From positions 13,330,001 through 13,394,000 of the forward strand of contig CP075495.1 of the NCBI GenBank assembly GCA_021613535.1: DNA of 64,000 nucleotides, given 5' to 3'. Each line of letters starts with the position of its first letter. Positions within the stretch are counted from its first letter, which is position 1. Both the position numbers and the translations under genes were made by a program. Positions 55,035 to 64,000 of the stretch are shown here, piece by piece. The notes beneath the pieces are model-generated. The model ran no database searches, was not told the DNA's origin, and saw nothing but the letters and a program-made list of their open reading frames with translations. Source of the DNA: Adineta vaga. Taxonomy: Eukaryota > Animalia > Rotifera.

Positions 55035-58000
55035 TGTTGAAGTTTTCTCGATAGAAAGATCTTCTTCACATAATCATATCTACAAAAAAAGGAGAAGAAA
55101 ATTCTTATCGAATGCAGTCAAATGTATTTTGAGAACAAAACATGTACTTCATTGTTTATCTTTGATTAATAAGTGAAATAGAAAACAACGGATTCTATGT
55201 TCTTCTAAGTGGTAATTACATTTCTATGTTGCTGTGACATTTGTAAACATGAACACAATGAAAAAAATCAGCAACAAAAAATAGTTCTCGTTTTTCTCAA
55301 TTATCTTCTAGATCACATCATCAAGTGTTAAATGTAATAAACAAAATAAATGAACATATTATTCATATTACACTTATACTGATATAACCTATGTGTTCAA
55401 TTAAAACTTGAAAAGAGTTCAAATAGAGAAGGCCGAAGTAAAGAAAAAGAATGTTTTTTTAAATGAAATAAAATAGTTTACACTTACTGTTGTTTTGACT
55501 ACAATATTATTTTGATAAAATACAAAAAAAATATGATTGATGGTGCGCAAATGTTTTCTTCTTTCGATTCTCGAAGATCAAATCAACGACGGTAATGTAC
55601 CTAGAACTATGTCTAAAGAGCGTATTACAAATAGATTGTAGATAAAAAAAGATGGAAATAAGCAGCTTTGAGAAAAAAACATGCATTTGTATCGTTAACT
55701 CATATTTAGCATGCATCAAAATAAAAGCACATCTGAGAAACTATAAACCATATTCTTATCTATTTATTGTATCTAAAACGATAAAATGTGAGTCCTTTTT
55801 CCCGACTTCCTTTTTCTTTCAACATCAATTTTTTATCATGTTGTCTATTTTGATATATGTGGGTTGAAGAAGAAGAGGAGAAAAACAGAAAAAAAACATA
55901 CAAAGAAGAAAATATCGAATAGGAATATTTTTCTCCGTCTATCTTCTCTAACAATTGTTTAGATAGATCTAATATATTCTTAAGATAATATCGATAACGA
56001 AATGATACATATGTCGAAATCTACGGAAAGAAATAGATTCTATATGTTGAGATCTTTTCTTACTAAAGAATCATTATAGTGTAGTTATCTTTGTGAGAAT
56101 AAGTACTGTCTAATTACAAAAAAATTATTTCGTTTTCTCTATACTATGAGATCTCATTCTTACAATCTACACTGACTATTTCAATGGAAAGATAATCTTA
56201 TAATTGGAACTATAGTTGTGGAAAATAGAAATGAGAGCAGTGAATGACTTGTAAAATGTGTGTGTAAATATGTGACAGTTCGGAAATTAAACTTTTACTG
56301 AATAAATGAATGAGTGAATGAGTAAAAATCAAAGTGACGTGCACCGACTGATAGATGAATATGATATTGGATGAGGAAACGTTTCACTATCATGTAAGAC
56401 AATAGTGAATAGAAATAATTTCATTATAATATGAAGTCTAAATGTTGTATTTGTTGTAAAACAAATGTTTGATCTAATAAATAGATGACAAAGAAAAAGT
56501 CAATCTACCAGATGACATTTACTTTAAAAATCTAAGAAAAACTAACTGAAAAGTTTAGTTACTAAAACTTTTTAAAATCAAAGAATTTCCTTTGAAAAGA
56601 TATATTTAAAAAACTTCTTGTTAGTCTCGTGATAAAAGCATGAAAAGAAAAAAGAATCATGTCATAATCATCTTTCCAGTCTTTTGTCTACCTCGTTATT
56701 CATGTATTGTTCTTCTTTGCGTTTCACAAGTCACTTGTAAATAGATATACTGAAAGTACCATAGGAGCTTAACTGAATATGGTAATCAATATAGAAATCC
56801 TATATCGAAATAATTACCCTTTCTTATGTCGTTATCTTCAATATTCACCTGATACACAAGCGACATAAAAATATCAAAAAATAGAATCAAATGTTTTTTG
56901 TAATCAGTCAATATTTATAGAAAAAAAAGAGAGAGAGAGAGAAACAGATACATAACAAAATAGTTTCGAAGTCGTTTTTTCTTTCTTTGCTATTTGCTGT
57001 CTTTTTCAACGATCTAAAATTGATTGATGTTCTTATGAGAAAAAATTCATTATATGAAATGTGACCATACAAAATTATTTCATCGGTCGTATTTCGTTAT
57101 CTTTCAGACTAAACTAAATGCATTCATCGTTCCTTAAATACATTATTTGAGATGGGTTTTGACAATCCATCTGATTGTAACATGAAATCTGATCTTTCAA
57201 AATAACTAGATCATTTAGTGAACATGACATGAAAAACAATCAAATGCGTCATACTACACCCATACGAAAAATGTGAACGTTAAAATATATGTCAAATCTT
57301 TTCATGAATTTCAACGTGCTTTTACATTCATTTTTACTACGTGAGATAAGACTTAATTCATTGCTTGAACGTGATGTTACAAAATTTTCTTATATAGACT
57401 TTTTCCTATTGGACTTGTTCATACTCTCTAAACATCGTTCGAGTGCATTCATAGTTCCACTAAATATAATGACATTAATTATCATATAAACAATCCAATA
57501 TAGAACTAGAATAATCGCAATGTTTTCTCCATCACATACTTCAACTGATGAAGTTGACATACTAGAATGAATAAAATAAGTAAGAACTATATGATAAATG
57601 CAAATGTGTCAAATAGACGTAGATTGGTTTTGAGATGAGAAAAAAGATTTAAATCAATCAATGTTAACTTGTATGACTTTTTTTCCTTCTATTTGATTTC
57701 TATTGTAAATGAAAAAACCTATAGAGAAAATTATTTTTGAATAAAGAGGAATGATAAAAATACGACCGAATTTAAATGTACAATTGAATAAGAAAAGAAA
57801 AAATTTCGGTACAAATGAATATGAAATATTAAAAAACGTTTGAGAAAATTTTTGATGAAATATTTATTCAGTACAGTGCGAAGAAACGGAAATAATCTAG
57901 TTTAAAATAATGGAACAGATTGCTACTTGAGCAGTGAACAATGTTGAAGAATTTGAGAAGATTATATAGATTTCATTGCGAATAGTGAAACAAAAAATTC

Positions 58001-58900
58001 CATCTTATGCTTAATCTACCTTACTTGAAACTTTCATTCGACTCAAGCGTTTTGTAAGTTTGTCGTCAAGAAAAAAAAATGAATGTTTCTCTCTGGAATG
58101 TAAGCCAAAAAACATCGATAAATATTAATCTAAAACAAACTTTTCGGACATAAATTATTTAAAAACAATTGTCAAAATATTTCCTTTTTTCGATTGACAT
58201 CAAATACATTCTCAAAAAAATAATCAGTAATTGATGTAGAAAACTTCTTTTTCTATTTAAAAATAATATCTTCTTGATTATCATCAAATGTTCATACTTG
58301 ATGTTTTCACGGTTAATCAAGTCTAAAGTACTTTACATTCCAACAGTGTTATAAAATTGTCTATGATTGTGATCATGTGAATTTTAACGACTTAAACATT
58401 AAACGAAGTTTCTATTCGAAATAATGATTTTAATATATATTTTCTTTTTTTTAAATTACGCGTAATTTCAGAACAAAAATGTTCTTCTAGATTATAAACG
58501 GTAATTATTGTGATTATAAGAAATGAAGAGGAAGAAAGTTGACAGATTTTTGAGTGCAACAAAGAACTATCATTTAGGACGAGAATTCATCACTAAATAT
58601 ACTCTACAACTAAATCGAGTGCATCTTGAAGTGTCTAGAATATTCTGACGTTGATGTCTATTTTTGGTCAACAATAGCGGTAAAAAAGTACATAAAACGT
58701 ATCTTTCAATAAATATCAAATCTACGTAAAATAAAATCGGCTGTAGATTATTCCCATCATACCTCGTCAGTATGATGATCTCGCAAATATTACTTCGTAT
58801 GGCCTTTTCATGATTACAGGGTTTTTTTTTCATCAAACGAAACCAATATATATAATCCAGTAAATTTGATCTAGTATTTTAAAAGCTATTATCAAAGAAA

Positions 58901-59745
58901 ATGTTAAGAATTATTGCTATTTTCTTTGCTGTGTTTCTTAGTTCGATCACTACTCAAGAAACATGTCAATTAACTGATCCAGATATTCTAGGTCCTTATT
59001 ACATTCCTGGTGCACCAAAATCAGAGGATCAACTTTGTTCTAATTTACCAGCTCACGATCGTCTAATTCTGACTGGACAAGTATTAGATTTCGATTCGAA
59101 ATGTATGAATGGCGTATCTTATGTTCAATTAGATTTATGGCAGGTAATCAAAGATGGCGTTTAAAAATAATAGTTACTATCGAATTGGTTTTTATTTTAT
59201 TAGGCTAATTATAATGGTGTTTATTCTGGTGGGAAAAGTGAGACAGATTGGTTTTGTCGCGGTATTTTTAGAACGGATGGAAATGGCAAATTTCGTATCA
59301 CAACATTAATGCCAGGCCGTAAACCTACACTTCCGTTAATCTGGATGACTAAAAATATATATTTTTACTTCTTTTTTTCTAGGTTATGATGACGGTGGAT
59401 ATCGACCAGCTCATATTCATTTTAATATAACAGCTGAAGGATATCCAAAATTGATTACACAATTATATTTCAATCAAGATTATTATTTATCTCCTCGTGA
59501 TTCATGTGCACGATGTAAGATAAATAAGATAGATCTATCTTTTATCTGTATGATATTTCATTGTAGGTCGAAGTGATGCACAAACATTACGTGTGACAAC
59601 AAGTCATCATGATGATATAAAAACTTTCGAAGGTAATTGGCAAATTGTTTTATCAAAAAAAGCACGTATTTCATTTCCACCGATGACTCGTGAAACATCA
59701 AAACGAGGATCATATATCGAAATAAAAGAACATATTATGCATTGA
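58901..59745 (+). CDS. Secreted intradiol ring-cleavage dioxygenase (catechol/protocatechuate dioxygenase family)
   Basis: Signal peptide; GPYY, L.LTGQV, DLWQANYNGVY, RG, LMPGRY...RPAHIHF, LITQLYF; the Tyr,Tyr,His,His iron ligands are present; three GT-AG introns. Confidence 0.92.
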
Positions 59746-59907
59746 TGTTTCTTTGGTTTCGTTTACTGTTTGAATACTATGGAAACAAATTATTTTTGTA
59801 ATCAATGTAATTTTTTTCTTTAAACGAAATAAATTCTATTCAATCGTCTGTGTTTGATGTTCTAATTATTATTTCTACTAATCTTTGTTGAAAAAGAGAA
59901 GAAAAAT

Positions 59908-60344
59908 ATGAATCGTTCTTCCTATCAAACATGGTCAACGTTAAATCGTATCAAGATGTTTTTTGGTTACAGGTACTTCATAAATAATATAAACAAGAAA
60001 GAAAAGGAAAGTGTGTTTTTATGAATTCAGAGAATCAATATATCAACCTGTAGCGAAAAATGAAATGGACGAAATGAGCTCTTCGATGGATGTCGATACA
60101 TCATGTCTCAATGATAAAACATCGATTATAGAGGATAAATCAATGTTAGTTCATCAATTTGATAATATAAATATCAAACAAATTCAAGAAATTTTACCTC
60201 TTGTAAATGGACAATCATTTCAATTAAGCGAACTTTTACCACCTAGGGTGAGTTATTAAATCTAGAAGCTTACCTTGCTATACATCCATTTAGAGTTCAT
60301 ATACAAATGAAACTCATCCGGATGTGAATCTACTGGAATGTTAA
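59908..60344 (+). CDS. Orphan ~110 aa protein
   Basis: Three exons (59908-59972, 60031-60247, 60294-60344) with canonical splice sites give MNRSSYQTWSTLNRIKMFFGYRESIYQPVAK...VNLLEC*. Confidence 0.6.
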
Positions 60345-62826
60345 TGTGGCATGAATTCAAAGTTATTCGTAAGATTGAAATGGATTGTAAACATTGGATT
60401 ATATGAAGAAAAAAATATACACTTACTAGTCAGAATTTTCATCAGATAAGTTCGACGTGAATATTTGAATGATATGATAAAATAAATAATTCATGAAAGA
60501 CTTTTTCAAACTATCTCATTCTCTTTAATGAAGATTGATGTATTAATTTGTAAAGAAACATAAATATAGAAACATTAATAAAATTACTTTTTTTTCTATT
60601 ATTCATTCGAGAAGATACTTATGGAAAAAATCATAAATTCAATTTAAAAATCTAATTTAAAGATCAAAAAACGAGTACGTGAACTAACGGATGTCTCGAC
60701 GAGGTTTTCTAGAGCAACGATAAATCTTTACTCTTTGAATATATTGTGCGATAGTTTAACTTCTCTATCAAACTTCGATCAATATACTTCATAATAGTAT
60801 ACGGCTAGTAAAACTGCACGATGCCTATATTCATTAGAAACACAAACTGAACAATGTCATGGAAAGAATGTATAATATTACAAATGACAGGTTCAGTGTT
60901 AAACTGCGTCGATTTAATGAGATATAAATGTGGATAAATTCATGATTACATCTGTAGCAAATAGAAAGAGAGTTCTAATTAGATTTGAAATATGAATAAA
61001 GCATAACGAATTGAAGTATAATTTTACCAATCTTTCAAAATTTGATCTCTTTCTATTGAATAACTAATCTCATTGATATAGTTGAGAAAATGCCTATGTA
61101 CACATTTAAAACATCAATAAAATTTGTTATTAAATGTAAATTAGATTGCTATTTTCATTGTGAGAAATTCCACATACATATGTGATATTTATTCACTTTT
61201 CTTTTTCGCTTAATTTTTAACATTTACTCATCAGTTCGAAAAATGATCGGAAAATTGTTTTCTTAGATATCATTCTAATCTTTTTTTCCTCTATTTATCT
61301 TCAAATGGGATGACATGAATATTGACCGACATGAAACAAAACTACTTCATGATATTAAAGCTGACTGATATATAATTTCAATAGTACTTCACATTATATA
61401 AACATTATAAAATGTATGTATATTCTAATCGATCATAAAATAAGGATATACATTTGAATAAGCAAAATTTTACTTAAACATTATTTTCATTTCAATAAAA
61501 GACATAGAATATATGATCTGTCAATCATGTCAAGTGCAATGATAAGAAACCTATATAAATATCTATCAAAACGAATATGAGTATCTTAAACTAACATATA
61601 TGTATAAGAACAACAAGAGTACGTTTATTCTAGGTTGATATGTCTGTCAATCTACATATGTCATTGGATCAATTTGACGAGATATTATTCATATACATAT
61701 ATCATCTAATGAAAGATCAACATCTTACATTGAAACCTGAACAAAGAAGATGAAGCCAATGTGAAAACTGAACCAATTTTTTTAAGAGAAAAGAAAAAGA
61801 ACGACAAATTAGACCATATTTAAAACAGAGTTACATCATCATCATCATCATCATCATAGGATTGAACTTCAGATTTGATTAATATTTTTTCTCGTAGATA
61901 GCTGAGATGAGAAAAGACTTCAATTTATTCTTGATAGTTTCGACTGATGCTCGTCTATTATCCATAGATCGATCAAATACAAGACAAAGATGAAGAAACA
62001 AGACATGTAGAGAATGATAAATAGTCTAGAGATAGATGGTGAGAAAAGATAGAGTATTAGTCGGAATGCCTTGTTCTCGTTGGTTCATGTTAGCTATATA
62101 GCCTCACACATTAATTTAGTTGAACCCCATGACCGCTGTCCTTCTTCTTCTTCTTTTCTTCTAGATAAAAATTGTTCGAACTAACTTTGCTTGCGAACAC
62201 CACACACGCGTGCGCCCATCGGTCGAAAGAAATGAAGAGAGAGAGAGAGAAAGAAAAAAGCGAAGAAAAGAAATGGTAGTGCCGTATCTATCGACGTAAA
62301 AACTAAAAGAAGAGAAAAGAAGAAGAAAAAATGAGTGTTGATTGTATATGCATATATATGATAGACAGCTGCATGTATGTATATAGATGAACATTTGTAT
62401 TATACATTGAAATAAAATAAAAACGGGAGTAATATTTATTTCACGAATTAAATTGACCTAGACAATGATCGTTGTTCTATTTCAGATCTTATCATCATTG
62501 TAAGTAAGAAATCTTTTGCCTTTTAGTTTGTTATCAGATGTTCAGTGATACATTTAAGACAATGGAGAAAATCTTGAGGACGAGAAGACATTTCTATATT
62601 ATCGATCGAGGAAAAAAACGATTGTGCATCGGCTCATATACTCCTTAGGGGCATCGAACTAGGATGCATTGCTGTTATGTCTCGAGTGGTATAGGCATTT
62701 ATAAAAGCTTGTTGAGAAGAGAAGAACAATCGATTAACAAAGCAGGTGAATGAGCAGAAAAGTTCAAACATATCCCATAAGATTGATTGAAACATGATAT
62801 TCATTTTTAGATAAATTTTATTCGAG

Positions 62827-63972
62827 ATGGATCGCTATGAATTTGAAATTCATAGTCAAGTGTCAACATCTCATGCATTTTCTACTACGACTGTCTCTTC
62901 AGCATTACTTCCAGCAATTATCAATCCAGAATGGATCTCAATGGTTGAACATATTCATTATTATGCATATCCGATTATAATATTAAGCGGAATTTTCTTC
63001 TCTTTAATCACATTAATATCCTTAGCACAAAATGTTCATATGACATCCAAACCCTATCTATTTACTCAAACAATATTTGATATTTTATTCTTATTACTTG
63101 GTGTTTGTTTGAATATTTCGAAATATTATCCAAATATTCTTCCAAAATTTCCTAATGAAAAAATCTATTATAATTTTCTTTTCTATATACTTTGGTTTAT
63201 TGTCATTTGGATATTCTTAATTAGTTGTCTTGATCATACTTGTACAGCTATTCAATCCAATGGTTACAACGAAAGATTATTTTGTTCACCATGTAATTCA
63301 AAAAATGTCATTCTAGGAATAGTACTTCTTGGAATCATCTTTTCATTGCCACAATTATTTGCATGGGAATCATTTGAAACAATCTATCGTACAACATATT
63401 TACGAACATCATTTCTCTATGAACATATTTACTTTTGGTTTTTACATATTATTTATTTATTTATCCCATTGTTTGCCATCTTCGTTTTTCTTGGTACACT
63501 CTCATATACATTATGTAAAAAGAAAGAACATTATTTATTAACATCAAATGGTGGAAATCATGGACATTATACAATTCATTATGGTAATCCACATGAAACT
63601 TCAATAAATTATTCGAAAACACGTGAACGTGAAAATATAACAAAATTATTTATCATGATGTGTTTTCTGTATTTAATGTTAGTATTACCATATTCATTTG
63701 TAATTTTCTTTGGAAAATTATTTTTACGTGAACAAACAACAATACAATCGAAAACCATATTTCAAGAAATACTTTTTGCCTATGATGTCTCATTGATCTT
63801 ATTCTATCTTCAAATCTTAATGAAATTTTTTGTTTTAACAATCTTTAGTAGAAATTTTCGTTTATGTTTCAAGAAATTTATTACATGTCGATGTTTATGT
63901 TGTTGTTGTACGCGAAAGAAATCTTCATCGATAGATAATCATGAACATGAGGATGGAATTTATATGAAATAA
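62827..63972 (+). CDS. Rhodopsin-class GPCR (FMRFamide/sex-peptide-receptor-like orphan), single coding exon
   Basis: Seven hydrophobic segments, FSLPQLF (TM4), FIPL (TM5), YLMLVLPY (TM6), SRNFR (helix 8) and a Cys cluster; 5' UTR introns upstream (donor at ~62746, acceptor at 62810). Confidence 0.85.
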   Translation: MDRYEFEIHSQVSTSHAFSTTTVSSALLPAIINPEWISMVEHIHYYAYPIIILSGIFFSLITLISLAQNVHMTSKPYLFTQTIFDILFLLLGVCLNISKYYPNILPKFPNEKIYYNFLFYILWFIVIWIFLISCLDHTCTAIQSNGYNERLFCSPCNSKNVILGIVLLGIIFSLPQLFAWESFETIYRTTYLRTSFLYEHIYFWFLHIIYLFIPLFAIFVFLGTLSYTLCKKKEHYLLTSNGGNHGHYTIHYGNPHETSINYSKTRERENITKLFIMMCFLYLMLVLPYSFVIFFGKLFLREQTTIQSKTIFQEILFAYDVSLILFYLQILMKFFVLTIFSRNFRLCFKKFITCRCLCCCCTRKKSSSIDNHEHEDGIYMK

Positions 63973-64000
63973 TAATCCTAGTCAATAGAATGAAACAAAA

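Noticed and set aside
55100-58850. Long gene-free stretch as a possible transposon or hidden gene
   Set aside because: No long ORF, transposase/RT motif or terminal repeat was seen; consistent with upstream regulatory/UTR-intron sequence of the GPCR and dioxygenase.

Overview
Gene-dense, AT-rich eukaryotic DNA with many ~50-60 nt GT-AG introns. The gene content is metazoan and the style resembles a bdelloid rotifer (inference, not proven). Hand-splicing gives about 21 protein-coding genes, in order: a degenerate adenylyl-cyclase-like protein (5' truncated), an MVP-repeat/SPFH 'mini-vault'-like protein with a predicted lipidated N-terminus, a Cys microprotein, an ARM-only beta-catenin paralogue, Unkempt, Sufu, an M6/proteolipid protein, a histidine phosphatase, NUBPL, GatB, a CD36/SCARB receptor, a ~6.2 kb secreted repetitive polyprotein (Gly/Gln repeats, Frizzled CRD, SSYG repeats, chitin-binding domains, Pro/Phe-rich and Tyr/Lys/Gly-rich blocks, EGF domains, three furin sites), two tandem EGF+chitin-binding paralogues, ClpX, ZFR, a multi-PLAT protein, two rhodopsin-class GPCRs, a secreted intradiol dioxygenase and an orphan gene. 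No rRNA, tRNA, CRISPR array or intact transposon was recognised. Best candidates for an undescribed system: (1) the furin-site polyprotein plus its chitin-binding neighbours, as a structural or adhesive biomaterial locus; (2) the mini-vault/SPFH protein with a stress/immune-type upstream region; (3) operon-like gene junctions with unpaired splice acceptors (GatB-NUBPL, Unkempt-Sufu). Exon boundaries were read by eye and family assignments come from remembered motifs; no database searches were run.
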